64,000 nucleotides of DNA from Minisyncoccota bacterium (GCA_036517155.1 DATDXY010000001.1:6510-70509); one strand, 5' to 3'; shown: positions 1 through 9,888, numbered from the stretch's first letter. Translations and numbers: made by a program. Notes: generated by a model from the letters alone, not told the origin.

Positions 1-691
1 CTAATTCTTTTTTCCCGCCTAACGCCATTTGGACGTCTTTTAATGTAATCGCGCGGTTGTCTCGCAAGGCATCTTCCAACTTCGCGCCTTTTTTTAATTT
101 ATAAACGAAATCCGTCAGGGATTTTTTCGATCCCGCCGGCGCCGGACGGGCCACGATTTGTAACGCCGCCCCTTCGCCCTCTCGTTCTAATTTGGCAAAA
201 TTACTTAGGATGGAAGAAAAGGTATCAATACTAGTTTCCTCAAAAGTACGAATGGGCAAAACAAAATTAAATTTTTCTTTTAAAAATGCTCCATCACTGG
301 CGCCGTAAGGATTAAAAATCGTGTAATCTTCCACCAAATCCACCGAAGCATCGTTCCATAAACCCTGAATTTGGCGAATGGTAAAATCCACCGTATCTTC
401 CGGAACACTGGCATAAAAATGAATTTCCTCGCCGCTATTATGAACGGCAACTTCAAAAACAAACGGCGCGTTTAAACTTCCTAACGCGCTCAATAATTGC
501 GACGTATAATGAATTTCTTTCAGCCCTTCTTCCCGCGATGCCGGCGGCGGACGCTGGGGCAATTTGATTAACAGTACCCGCAATCGCAAGGTGCTTAATA
601 TATATTTCCGACGGATTTCCCAGACTACAAACACAGTGGCCACCGCCACTATAATTCCGAGAACAAAATAACCAACGACAAAAAAATCCAT
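1..691 (-). CDS. Partial CDS (runs off the left edge): N-terminus of a probable CPR DUF87/VirB4-TraG-like ATPase
   Basis: Hand-translated from ATG at 691: MDFFVVGYFVLGIIVAVATV(TM)...VLLIKLPQ...FVFEVAVHNSGEEIHFYASVP...EDYTIF...LPIRTFEE...EGEGAALQIVARPA. Resembles the N-region of the CPR VirB4-like family; the P-loop lies outside the window. Not in the ORF track. Confidence 0.65.
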   Translation of the reverse strand, partial: MDFFVVGYFVLGIIVAVATVFVVWEIRRKYILSTLRLRVLLIKLPQRPPPASREEGLKEIHYTSQLLSALGSLNAPFVFEVAVHNSGEEIHFYASVPEDTVDFTIRQIQGLWNDASVDLVEDYTIFNPYGASDGAFLKEKFNFVLPIRTFEETSIDTFSSILSNFAKLEREGEGAALQIVARPAPAGSKKSLTDFVYKLKKGAKLEDALRDNRAITLKDVQMALGGKKEL

Positions 692-697
692 TTTTTG

Positions 698-1075
698 TTA
701 AATTAATTTCCGCGCTCGTAATTCCTGATAAATCTTGGTGGTTAGCGCATCGTGCAACGCGTCCACCATAAATGGACCTTGTTTTGCCGCTGCTTGAATG
801 GAAAGTAAGATGCCCTTATGCAATGCCAGATCTATCAATCCCGCCACTTTTTCTTGAACTGCCGGATCGGTTTTTTGCACATAGTCCGGCAAAATGCGAT
901 TAACTGGCGAAGATTGCGCTGGTTCGCTTGGAGTTACCTGTGTTACGGAAGGATGTTGGATATATCCTTTCAAAACTTCCCGAACGGAAGATTGATCGGT
1001 TTTTTCCACCCCCCTCTGAGTTTGATATTCTTTTATTTCCCGCGCCAAGTGCTCTAAATTTTTTTCAAAATTCAT
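698..1075 (-). CDS. Hypothetical protein upstream of the VirB4-like gene
   Basis: ORF 698..1120 with likely ATG at 1075 (MNFEKNLE); C-terminal KG...AA...PFMVDALHDAL; 6 nt gap to the next gene. Confidence 0.7.
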   Translation of the reverse strand: MNFEKNLEHLAREIKEYQTQRGVEKTDQSSVREVLKGYIQHPSVTQVTPSEPAQSSPVNRILPDYVQKTDPAVQEKVAGLIDLALHKGILLSIQAAAKQGPFMVDALHDALTTKIYQELRARKLI

Positions 1076-1125
1076 ATACAAAACCCATTTGTATAAGTAT
1101 AACCTATGGATTAACGCCATGCCAC

Positions 1126-1156
1126 AAAAAGAAAGGCCCCCTTGTGCAGGAGGCCT
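1126..1156 (-). terminator. Intrinsic terminator
   Basis: AGGCCUCCU-GCACA-AGGGGGCCU followed by UUCUUUUU on the minus strand. Confidence 0.75.
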
Positions 1157-1177
1157 ATCAATAGAACTTGAGAACTT

Positions 1178-1591
1178 TTATTTTTTGCAGAGTTCAGCTT
1201 TGCAGAGGTCAGCGACGAATTGTTCAAAAGCTATATAACTTTTCTGAAAATTCGGAACGCTGTGTTTTTCGGCAAAAGCGATAGGATCAAAATTCAAATC
1301 GCCGCCGATGGAATTACACGCGATAGGTATAGCGGGATTCTGCTCCCGTACCCATTCCAACAGTCCGGATTCCAAAGCGCGCTCGGGTTTTTCACCGAGA
1401 ACCACCAGATTATTATCCAGGACAACCGCCGAGTATTCGGAACCGTTTTTTCCGAATCGCGTTTTGAACTCTCCGATTGATCTTACAAAAACCAGATCAA
1501 TCGCATTTCCATGCGCATCCCGAAGATCCCGAACGAAACGCTGAAAATGCTTGTATGAAGAAACCTCATCTTCCAACATGAGAATTTTCAT
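1178..1591 (-). CDS. Divergent stand-alone receiver (REC/CheY-like) domain protein
   Basis: KILMLEDE acidic pocket, VVLD phospho-Asp, ACNS Ser/Thr position, FQK Lys; SD AAGGAGG at 1598-1604. Confidence 0.65.
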   Translation of the reverse strand: MKILMLEDEVSSYKHFQRFVRDLRDAHGNAIDLVFVRSIGEFKTRFGKNGSEYSAVVLDNNLVVLGEKPERALESGLLEWVREQNPAIPIACNSIGGDLNFDPIAFAEKHSVPNFQKSYIAFEQFVADLCKAELCKK

Positions 1592-1629
1592 ATAACTCCT
1601 CCTTAATGTGAAATAACAAACTTTACACT

Positions 1630-1658
1630 ATTATATAATATAATTAATAAAAAGTCAA
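1630..1658 (-). promoter_or_regulatory. Sigma70-type promoter of the REC-like gene
   Basis: TTGACT (1653-1658) - 17 nt - TATAAT (1630-1635). Confidence 0.75.
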
Positions 1659-1668
1659 ATAAAGCACA

Positions 1669-2871
1669 TTACAAACGAACCAATTCCGGCAGCCAGATAT
1701 TTTTGACCGAATTAAACTGGGAACGATCCACTTCTGCCACCGCTTTGCCTTCTGGAATTTTTTCCGTAAATGGATTGATAAAACTGCCGAACTTATGCAT
1801 TTCGTAATGCAAATGCGGTCCGGTGGAAAGCCCGGTAGAACCTACGTAGCCCACTACTTGCCCCTGGGTTACTTTTGCTCCTCTTTTAATTCCTTTCGCC
1901 AAGCTGGAAAAATGACCATAGACCGTTGAGTAAGTTTCGTTATGGCGAACCGTTACGGAAAGGCCGTAATCGCCATTCCAACCCGCTTGCGATATCGTGC
2001 CATCACCCACACTCACGGCCGGCGTGCCCGTGTTGGCCGCATAATCAATCCCCCGATGCGCCGTATATTTATTTAAAATCGGATTAAATCGCCGCGTCGT
2101 ATAGCCGGAACTGATATATTTATATTGCAGCGGAGATTTTAAAAATACTTTTTGCAGAGACTTGCCGTTTTCATCATAATATCCGGCTTCGGTGGTTTCA
2201 CCCTGAAAATAAAATCCTTGATAAACTTCGCCATTATTAGTAAATGCGGCGGTGATTATTTTCCCGGGCATAGCGTATTCGCCGTCCCGATAGCGCTTTT
2301 CGTAAATCACTTTAAAACTGTCCCCTTTTTGAATTTCTCCGGCAAAATCAATCTGCCACGCAAACACTTCCGCCAGTTCAATCGCCAGTCGTTCGTCAAT
2401 TTGCTGGTCCACCATGGTTTGGTAAAGGGATTTTTCAATCACGCCGGTGACGCTGGACCGTTCCACTTTATATTCAATCGGAATTTTCTCCGCCAGCCAG
2501 GAAGATGAAGACGTTTCGGACGCAATTACTAGCTGCTCTTCGGTATTAATATCGTATCGCAAACCCTTGAAGTTTTGGCTAGTTGAGTCAAAAATCAAAT
2601 CCAAAGTTTTTCCGGCTTTAATAGTCGCTACGTCATACACTGGTAAAGCGGCGGCTAAAAGCGCTTCGGTAGTATTAGTCGCAATACCCGATGCCCGAAG
2701 CAATGCGCTGAAAGTTGCTCCAGACGGAATTTCTTTTTTTACAATAGTGTCCGAAGGAACGACCTTATTACCCCCAAAGGACAGTTTTGGTTCTGATTCT
2801 ATAAACAATAAAATCCCAATAATCGCAATTAAAGCTATGCCGCTTACAAGCCATTTAGTGCTATAGGCCAT
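1669..2871 (-). CDS. M23 family peptidoglycan DD-endopeptidase (MepM/Csd3-like)
   Basis: N-terminal TM; HRGIDY (HxxxD), YGH and STGPHLHYE (HxH) zinc motifs. Confidence 0.9.
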   Translation of the reverse strand: MAYSTKWLVSGIALIAIIGILLFIESEPKLSFGGNKVVPSDTIVKKEIPSGATFSALLRASGIATNTTEALLAAALPVYDVATIKAGKTLDLIFDSTSQNFKGLRYDINTEEQLVIASETSSSSWLAEKIPIEYKVERSSVTGVIEKSLYQTMVDQQIDERLAIELAEVFAWQIDFAGEIQKGDSFKVIYEKRYRDGEYAMPGKIITAAFTNNGEVYQGFYFQGETTEAGYYDENGKSLQKVFLKSPLQYKYISSGYTTRRFNPILNKYTAHRGIDYAANTGTPAVSVGDGTISQAGWNGDYGLSVTVRHNETYSTVYGHFSSLAKGIKRGAKVTQGQVVGYVGSTGLSTGPHLHYEMHKFGSFINPFTEKIPEGKAVAEVDRSQFNSVKNIWLPELVRL

Positions 2872-2924
2872 AAAAAAATCCCTCTGTCGGGACTATTTTA
2901 GCAAGTATAGCATATAATAAAAGA

Positions 2925-4301
2925 ATGGTCTTTTGGTCGGAAAAGAAAATCCTTTGGGGAATAATCGGTCTGTATATCCTTATATTTGGAGTTACTACGG
3001 CAATCCGGCAGTATCATTTTCAAACTCAGGCGTGGGATATGGGTATCTTTACCCAAATTTTCTGGAACGCCGCTCATGGCAACGGTTTTACCGGCACTTT
3101 GGAAGAAATTCCAAACCATTTTGGTATTCACTTCAGCCCGTTTTTTTATATCTTGCTTCCCTTCTATGCGCTTTTCCCCAGAGCGTATACATTACTCTGG
3201 CTACAAACCATAGCGCTCGGCCTCGGCGCATGGCCGTTGTATGCATTGGCTAAAAAAATTCTCCAGGACCAGCGCTGGGCGATTATTATTACCGTTGGCT
3301 ATCTTTTATATCCCTCGCTGCATTGGATTAATTTTTTTGATTTTCACGAAATCGCTTTTTTTATTCCCCTTTTTATTACTGCTCTTTATTTTCTAGAAAC
3401 TGCCCAATGGCAATGGATGTCGCTTTTTTTACTCCTCGCCGCAATGACCCGGGAAGATGCGTCGGTGTTTATATTTTTTGCGGGAATATACGCTTTATTG
3501 AAACGCCAAAAAAAAGCCGGTATCGGTATTCTGATTTTTTCGGCCATTTATTTTCTCATATCCGCCAAAATGATTATGCCAGCATTAGGCGGCGGACTCT
3601 TGCGCTTGGACCGTTACGGCCAATTCGGCTCCACTGCGTCGGAAATTATTAAAAATATCCTTACTCGGCCAAGTTTATTATGGACAACTGTCGTGACTGC
3701 GGAAAAATTCCAATATCTGCTTTGGTCGTTTTTACCCGTTGCTTTTCTGCCGTTTTTTTCCCGATTCGCATTTCTCTTGCTTGCTCCCGGATTATTGGAA
3801 AATCTTCTGACTCGCTACGGATCCCAATTCAGCGGCTTATACCAATATGATGCAGTGCTGATCCCGGGAGTTTTTATCGGGGCCATGTATGGTATTTATT
3901 ATTTACAAAAATATCCGAAACAGTATCTGCAATATCTAATAATTGGAACAATAATCACGGGTTATTTATTGCGCTCTCCCCTGAATCCGATTTCTTTTCC
4001 GCTGGAAATTTTCCAATCCAATCCAAAATGGGACTCCTACCGGACTATACTGCAATTCATACCGGCTCAGGCGAGCGTTGCTGCGCATACCAATTTCGTT
4101 CCTCATCTGGCGCAGAGAAAAAATATTTTTATGCTTGGCCAGGAAACCCTAGAACCGGATTATCTCCTCATCGATGCCACGGATGCATTTGGGTTCAAAA
4201 ATGAAGTGGAGTTTAATGCGTATTTTGACCGTTACGCCGAATCCGGGCTGTATGAAATAAAAGTATTTGAAGGAAAATACCTCTTGCTTGGAAAAAAATA
4301 A
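2925..4301 (+). CDS. DUF2079-like polytopic membrane protein (probable GT-C glycosyltransferase)
   Basis: WDMGIF.Q..W, HF.IHFSP, FDFHE and RED motifs; many TM segments; TATAAT 6 nt before the ATG. Confidence 0.8.
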   Translation: MVFWSEKKILWGIIGLYILIFGVTTAIRQYHFQTQAWDMGIFTQIFWNAAHGNGFTGTLEEIPNHFGIHFSPFFYILLPFYALFPRAYTLLWLQTIALGLGAWPLYALAKKILQDQRWAIIITVGYLLYPSLHWINFFDFHEIAFFIPLFITALYFLETAQWQWMSLFLLLAAMTREDASVFIFFAGIYALLKRQKKAGIGILIFSAIYFLISAKMIMPALGGGLLRLDRYGQFGSTASEIIKNILTRPSLLWTTVVTAEKFQYLLWSFLPVAFLPFFSRFAFLLLAPGLLENLLTRYGSQFSGLYQYDAVLIPGVFIGAMYGIYYLQKYPKQYLQYLIIGTIITGYLLRSPLNPISFPLEIFQSNPKWDSYRTILQFIPAQASVAAHTNFVPHLAQRKNIFMLGQETLEPDYLLIDATDAFGFKNEVEFNAYFDRYAESGLYEIKVFEGKYLLLGKK

Positions 4302-4316
4302 ATTCTTCCGTAATAA

Positions 4317-4342
4317 CAAAGCTCCCCATCTGGGGAGCTTTG
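4317..4342. terminator. Hairpin between convergent genes
   Basis: CAAAGCTCCCCA-TC-TGGGGAGCTTTG perfect inverted repeat. Confidence 0.7.
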
Positions 4343-4353
4343 CGTTTATAGGC

Positions 4354-4569
4354 TTATCTGCCAAATCCTCCTCGGTTTCCACCGCTGCGGAAGCTTGGGC
4401 GACGCTTTTTATTGCAATCGTAGCAATACAAGCGACCATAAGTTCCGTCTTCCCGTTTTGTCGGTTCGAACGGCAACTCTTTGATGGCTGCGCCACATTC
4501 CGTGCAGGTTAAATTTAACGCTGACACATCATGCAATTGGCGCTGTCCGCCACCGAAATTTCTGTCCAT
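4354..4569 (-). CDS. Small CxxC-x17-CxxC-type zinc-ribbon protein with RGG-like tail
   Basis: CTECG...ELPFEP...RLYCYDC, ending GGNRGGFGR. Confidence 0.85.
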   Translation of the reverse strand: MDRNFGGGQRQLHDVSALNLTCTECGAAIKELPFEPTKREDGTYGRLYCYDCNKKRRPSFRSGGNRGGFGR

Positions 4570-4694
4570 TTCGCCTTAACTCAATTATAAATATCGTGTT
4601 AGGCGAACGACATCTAATAGATTACTTAATTGAAACTCTACTTATCGCCTTTTTACGATAAAAACAGTATAGCAGATTACCCAGAAAAAGTCAA
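4570..4694 (-). promoter_or_regulatory. Promoter plus ~90 nt structured 5' leader
   Basis: TTGACT (4689-4694) - 17 nt - TG-extended TATACT (4666-4671); nested stems and loop-to-start complementarity in 4570-4660. Confidence 0.6.
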
Positions 4695-4777
4695 AGCGCT
4701 CAGAGAAATCAATTTCTCTTGGTTTTCTCTCCATAAGTTTTGTTCGAATTGGTATACTATATATAATGCATTTATCT

Positions 4778-5989
4778 ATGACTCGCGGCTTTACTCTTTT
4801 GGAACTTCTGATCGTTATTGGCATTATTGCAATTCTTGGCATTGCTTCAGTTTTACTTCTTAACCCGGCGGAGTTATTTTCCCAAAGCCGAGATTCGGTC
4901 CGTATTGCGGAAAACAAACAACTAGATTCTGCCGTTGCTTTGTACAGAACAAGCGCGCAAGCAAATCTTGGTAATTTAAATACAATTTATATTTCCCTAC
5001 CCGATACCTCATCTACTTGCGCCAATTTATTAAATACCCTACCCACATTACCTTCAGGCTGGTCTTATCATTGCGCTTCTTCGGAAAATTATCGAAGAAT
5101 TGATGGCACTGGTTGGTTACCATTAGATTTTACAGCTACGAGTCTTATTCCCTTTTCTACCCTGCCAATTGATTCAGTCAATACGACAACAAATAATTTA
5201 TATTACTCCTACATCAATAATGGAGAACATTGGGTTATTACTTCAAAATTGCAATCCGCAAAATATCTGAAAGAAAATGCTTGGCCAGACGGCGGCGATG
5301 ACTCCACTCGATTCGAAACTGGCACCGATGCCAATCTTTGGTCCCAAGCCAGCGGCCTAATCGGTTATTGGAAATATAACGCTAACGCGCTTGATGCGTC
5401 TGGAAATAATATTAACGGAACATTAGTGCCACCGTCTGGCGGTGTTTATTCCGATACTGGAAAATCCAATCAGGGTTATCATTTTGTCGGTACTGGCGGG
5501 CATATTAATTTTGGATCGCCAGCCATTGCCCAACTCACCGGACCAATAACAATCATGACTTGGGCGAATCTGGATGTCGACCCGCCGCTTGTGGAGCGAT
5601 ATATTTTCGATAAATCCAGCGTGACAAGCAAAGGATGGGGCCTTTCCATACAACCCGGTCCATTTGCCAGATTTCGCATTTCTTCCGATGGCACTAATAA
5701 CATTACCGCTACCACGGGCGCAATTCCGATTACTCAATGGATTCATATCGCCGGCGTATACGAACCAAACACCGCCATCCGCGTATACGTGAACGGGGTT
5801 TTGTCTGCGAATAATACTACTGCCATACCGGCAAGCCAATTTAATAACGTGGCTTCCAACCTTATCGCCGGTTACGAACCCGGATGCGGCAGTTGTTATT
5901 ATTACCGAGGTATTTCGGATGAAGTGCGTCTTTATAATCGCGCGGTCACTGCTACAGAAATCCAAGCCTTATACGAAGCAGAAAAATAA
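4778..5989 (+). CDS. Type IV pilin-like protein with C-terminal LamG/concanavalin-like domain
   Basis: RGFTLLELLIVI class III signal; GLIGYWK...WIHIAGVY...DEVRLYNRA LamG motifs; start taken at ATG 4778. Confidence 0.85.
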   Translation: MTRGFTLLELLIVIGIIAILGIASVLLLNPAELFSQSRDSVRIAENKQLDSAVALYRTSAQANLGNLNTIYISLPDTSSTCANLLNTLPTLPSGWSYHCASSENYRRIDGTGWLPLDFTATSLIPFSTLPIDSVNTTTNNLYYSYINNGEHWVITSKLQSAKYLKENAWPDGGDDSTRFETGTDANLWSQASGLIGYWKYNANALDASGNNINGTLVPPSGGVYSDTGKSNQGYHFVGTGGHINFGSPAIAQLTGPITIMTWANLDVDPPLVERYIFDKSSVTSKGWGLSIQPGPFARFRISSDGTNNITATTGAIPITQWIHIAGVYEPNTAIRVYVNGVLSANNTTAIPASQFNNVASNLIAGYEPGCGSCYYYRGISDEVRLYNRAVTATEIQALYEAEK

Positions 5990-5993
5990 GTTC

Positions 5994-7625
5994 TTAAGAT
6001 TTTACTAAATGATCAAAAGAATATTGTAAGTTCCCATTCACTTTTTTACCTGGATTAAAAATATTTTGGGGATCAAAAATTTTTTTGGTTTCTTCAAACA
6101 TCAGGTAAATTTTTTCGCCATACATCTTTTCCAAATATGGCGTGCGAATCAAACCGTCATTGTGCTCGGCGGTAATGGAACCCTTATATTCCACCACGAG
6201 ATCATATACTTCATGGGAAAGCCGATCAATAATATCTCGCGTATCCGACTTACTCACATCCATCAGCGGAATAATATGGAAATTCGCATCTCCCACGTGG
6301 CCGGCAATGGTATAGATTAAATTGTATTTGTCCAAAATAGAATTTAACCGAGGCAGAAATTCCGGTAATTGTTCCACATGAACCGCAAAATCGTCAATAA
6401 ACGGCGCCGTTCTTTTCCCTTTAATGTGTTGACGTAACAAATTGAAGCTTTCCCGTCGAATAGTCCAATATTTTTTTGCCTCATCCGGATCCGCTACCAC
6501 CCGAAAGGGCACGTGTAATTGTTCCAACTTGGATTGCAACTTTTTCAGACGATGAGCAATTTCAAAATCTTCATCGCCGGTAAACTCCGCTAATAATACT
6601 AATTTCGGCAAACCGCCGGTTAATACCATTTTCATTTCCGGAATAAAATCCCACGCCATTTTCAAAAGATTTTTTGGCTTCAGCACTTTTAATAAACTAG
6701 GCAAGAACCGCAACGCCAATTTCAGGGTATGATCATCATACGATTCAAAACTTTCTGGTTTGAATTCCATCACCGCTTGGGCAACGGGCACCAACGGTTT
6801 CAAATCTTTCAAAAAAATTACCACCATTTGGGAATGCAATTTGGGCCGAATCAAATGGAATTTAATTTCCGTGACTAATCCCAGCGTTCCTTGGGATCCA
6901 ACTAACAATTTAGTGAGATCAAAACGTTCGCCATCCCACACGTTCCATAAATAATAACCGGCGGAATTTTTGGATACGTTGGGTTTAGCGCTCTTTAACA
7001 GGGCCTGATTTTTACTGATTAACTGATACAGTTTTTTATAAATCCCGCCTTCAAAACTTTTTTCTTTGATTTTTTTGTCTAATTCTTTTTTAGAAAGCGC
7101 CTTAATGCTATATTCATTGCCATCGCTCCAAACCATTTTTAATTCCTCAACATAATTTTCTGTTTTGCCGTAAGCCAACGTTTTTTCCCCACCAGAATTA
7201 TTGGAAACCATTCCACCGACCGTGCAAATTTCCCGCGAAGCCGGATAACTGGGCATCAATAATTTCCGCTTCAGTGATTCTTTTTCAAAATCCCGATAAA
7301 ACACCCCGGGTTGCGCTACTCCGTAATCCGTCCCAAATCCGCGGATTCGATTAAAATGCTTGGTAAAATCCACCACGATGGATTCCGTGAGCGGGCCGCC
7401 GGTCATATCCGTTCCTCCGGAACGCGCGGTGAGAGATAATTCCGGATGCTGTTTTTTCTGCGCGCTGACAAACTTAACCAACTGTTTTACGTCTTCAACG
7501 TCTCGCGGTGCCACTGCGGCGGACGGCATCACTTCAAATAAACTGGCATCGTGGCTATAAATTTTCAACGCTGTTGCGTCGGTAAGTATTTCTCCTCGAA
7601 AATTTTTTTTCAGTTCATCCAACAT
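5994..7625 (-). CDS. FAD-linked oxidoreductase (D-lactate dehydrogenase/GlcD family)
   Basis: RSGGTD, GSQGTLG, GH.GDANFH, AEHNDG and IFNPGK motifs. Confidence 0.85.
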   Translation of the reverse strand: MLDELKKNFRGEILTDATALKIYSHDASLFEVMPSAAVAPRDVEDVKQLVKFVSAQKKQHPELSLTARSGGTDMTGGPLTESIVVDFTKHFNRIRGFGTDYGVAQPGVFYRDFEKESLKRKLLMPSYPASREICTVGGMVSNNSGGEKTLAYGKTENYVEELKMVWSDGNEYSIKALSKKELDKKIKEKSFEGGIYKKLYQLISKNQALLKSAKPNVSKNSAGYYLWNVWDGERFDLTKLLVGSQGTLGLVTEIKFHLIRPKLHSQMVVIFLKDLKPLVPVAQAVMEFKPESFESYDDHTLKLALRFLPSLLKVLKPKNLLKMAWDFIPEMKMVLTGGLPKLVLLAEFTGDEDFEIAHRLKKLQSKLEQLHVPFRVVADPDEAKKYWTIRRESFNLLRQHIKGKRTAPFIDDFAVHVEQLPEFLPRLNSILDKYNLIYTIAGHVGDANFHIIPLMDVSKSDTRDIIDRLSHEVYDLVVEYKGSITAEHNDGLIRTPYLEKMYGEKIYLMFEETKKIFDPQNIFNPGKKVNGNLQYSFDHLVKS

Positions 7626-7647
7626 ATTGTTTAATTATAACAAGAAA

Positions 7648-7680
7648 TAAAAAAGGCGGTAGTTGATACCGACTTTTTTA
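7648..7680 (-). terminator. Intrinsic terminator
   Basis: AAAAAAGGCGGTA-GTTGA-TACCGACTTTTTT. Confidence 0.6.
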
Positions 7681-7687
7681 TTTATTT

Positions 7688-9817
7688 TTATTCCACAACA
7701 ATTATTTTTCCGCTCACGCTAGGATTCAAGTGATCGTGATATGGCCATGTGCCAATTTTTTCAAACATAAAAGAGTAGCTTTCTCCGTTGCCAATGCCTT
7801 TGAAAGCGTCGAATCCGGAATACATCTGATGCGACGGATGATCATTAGATGCCGGCCAGACAAAAAGCTTTCCTTTATTTACCCAAGTTACTTTGCCGCC
7901 TTTTCGCACCTTGATTTCCGCCGGATCAAATTGGCCGTTTTCCGTGATGATTACAGATACGTGCAATAAAGGATCAATTGCGATAGCGGCGGTAGTAGTT
8001 GCTTCAACTTGACCAGATTCCATGCTTTCATCCAGCACCGATGCTCCGGTTTCTGCTGATTTTACTTCGCACATTCCTTCCCGCGCTACTTCTATTTTTG
8101 CCGCTTTGGCAAAACAACGGTTGGAATATGTATTGCCATCAGCGCCACAGACTGGATTATATTCTAATGTGCATAATTGCGGTGGTTCTGTAGGCTCCGA
8201 TGGTGGTTTTATTGCCGATTCACAAGTGCCTTCGTGAATGACAACAACTTTAGCAACGCGCGCCTGGCAAGCATTACCATAAGTCTTGCCGTTTGCGGCG
8301 CATACTGGTTTATATTCTTTCGTGCATATTACTGGCTCTGGATAAACTGGTGTCACCGATACTGGCAAAGGTTTTACGCCCCGAATTTCCATTTCTATTA
8401 ACCGGGAAAGGTTGTATAAATATTCCCGCACGTGGTTGGTATGCAATCGCGCGCTGGCGGCATCATTTTTTTCCAATGCTTCTCGCGCTAATTCCAAATG
8501 CTTTTTCGCATCTGCTAGTAAAGCAAATACTTTGGGATTTTTTTCTTCGGTATATCCTTTTTCCTGAACGAGTTGCGCATACTTTTCAATTTTTGAAGAT
8601 AATTCATTAAGAACTGTTTTAATATCTTCTACGGGATTTTCTAATTTACTAATGAAACGCAACGCACTGCGCGCCAATACTTCCGCCGAACGCGCATGAC
8701 CGAAGGCTTCTCCATATTTTCCAGAAGCAAATACCAGCTGCGCTTCTTTTACATTTTCTTGCGCTTCCAAAAGCAATTTCTTTGCGGTTTCCTCCGGATA
8801 ACTGCCTTCTATTAATTTCTTTTCTGTCTCGGAAATTACTTCCAGGGCGCGCTTAATTTGTTCTTTGGCTTTTTCGGCAATGTCTTTCTCTTGGATAGTT
8901 GATTTCTCCAATAGATCTGCCACTCGGCCTAACGTTTCTGCTACTCGAAATTCCGCCTTTGTCCGTATCTCGTCCAACAATATCAAACGCCGCGCATTAT
9001 CACCCGGCAATGCTTGTACGGCTGATTCAATGGATTGAGAATTCTCGGTTTTTAATAATTCTTGGATGTCCTGTTCCAAACGAATAGAAAATTCATTGCG
9101 CATTTTATTCAGCGCGTCCCGTAAATCATCCGGCGCTTTTTGCTCCAAACGATCTAAAATCTCTACGGAACGGATATGCTTCAATTCGCTGCCCTTGGAA
9201 GAAATCAGCGCTTTTTCTAATTTGGACGCAAACTCTACTGGATCGCCTTTGGCGGCCGCAGCAATTGTAGCATCATCAATTTTCCCCTGCGTTTCATTCA
9301 CAAGATCATGAATCTCGGATTCTTTTTCAAATTTTTGGGCAATTTCGTCAAATACTTTTTGATGCTGAACGCTCCGATCCGTAACTTTATTCAACAAATT
9401 GTCTATTTCTGGATTTTGAGATTTTTCTTCCAGCGCTTCTAAACGGTCCTTCAAACGCTCTTGCGCTTCTTGATAATTTTGCAACGCGCCCATAATCGCT
9501 TCCGTATCTTCTGGTTTTACTTCCTCAATTTTTTTTGCCTCGGCGGCTTTTTGATTGGCAATTCGCAATTCGTATTCTACTCTCGCAACTGGATCGAATG
9601 TGAACACCCGTCGCACTCCCCGGCTCCATTCTTTCAAGAAATAAAATGGGTTGCCAGGTAAAATACCCGGGTTATCCACGCCTAATTCTTGCGATGTAAT
9701 GGTTTCTAATTGCGCTAAATTGAGCGGCTTATAATCTTCCGCCGCCAACACGGTTAATGCCACAAAAAACAAAGCCCCTAAAACTGTAGTAATTTTTACT
9801 GTATTTCTCATATTCAT
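7688..9817 (-). CDS. Secreted DUF5667-like helical protein with two Kazal domains and a C-terminal cupredoxin-like domain
   Basis: Signal peptide; PGILPGNPFYFLKEW; CTKEYKPVCAANGKTYGNAC and CTLEYNPVCGADGNTYSNRC; FDPAEIKV...WPASNDHPSH...YHDHLNP. Confidence 0.8.
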   Translation of the reverse strand: MNMRNTVKITTVLGALFFVALTVLAAEDYKPLNLAQLETITSQELGVDNPGILPGNPFYFLKEWSRGVRRVFTFDPVARVEYELRIANQKAAEAKKIEEVKPEDTEAIMGALQNYQEAQERLKDRLEALEEKSQNPEIDNLLNKVTDRSVQHQKVFDEIAQKFEKESEIHDLVNETQGKIDDATIAAAAKGDPVEFASKLEKALISSKGSELKHIRSVEILDRLEQKAPDDLRDALNKMRNEFSIRLEQDIQELLKTENSQSIESAVQALPGDNARRLILLDEIRTKAEFRVAETLGRVADLLEKSTIQEKDIAEKAKEQIKRALEVISETEKKLIEGSYPEETAKKLLLEAQENVKEAQLVFASGKYGEAFGHARSAEVLARSALRFISKLENPVEDIKTVLNELSSKIEKYAQLVQEKGYTEEKNPKVFALLADAKKHLELAREALEKNDAASARLHTNHVREYLYNLSRLIEMEIRGVKPLPVSVTPVYPEPVICTKEYKPVCAANGKTYGNACQARVAKVVVIHEGTCESAIKPPSEPTEPPQLCTLEYNPVCGADGNTYSNRCFAKAAKIEVAREGMCEVKSAETGASVLDESMESGQVEATTTAAIAIDPLLHVSVIITENGQFDPAEIKVRKGGKVTWVNKGKLFVWPASNDHPSHQMYSGFDAFKGIGNGESYSFMFEKIGTWPYHDHLNPSVSGKIIVVE

Positions 9818-9888
9818 ATATCTACACTAAAAAAGATTGCCTGATGCAATCCCTTATATGACCTTTTGATTAGTATAGCATACCCTTG

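Noticed and set aside
280-462. 60-aa minus-strand ORF from the track
   Set aside because: Out-of-frame overlap with the longer partial CDS starting at 691
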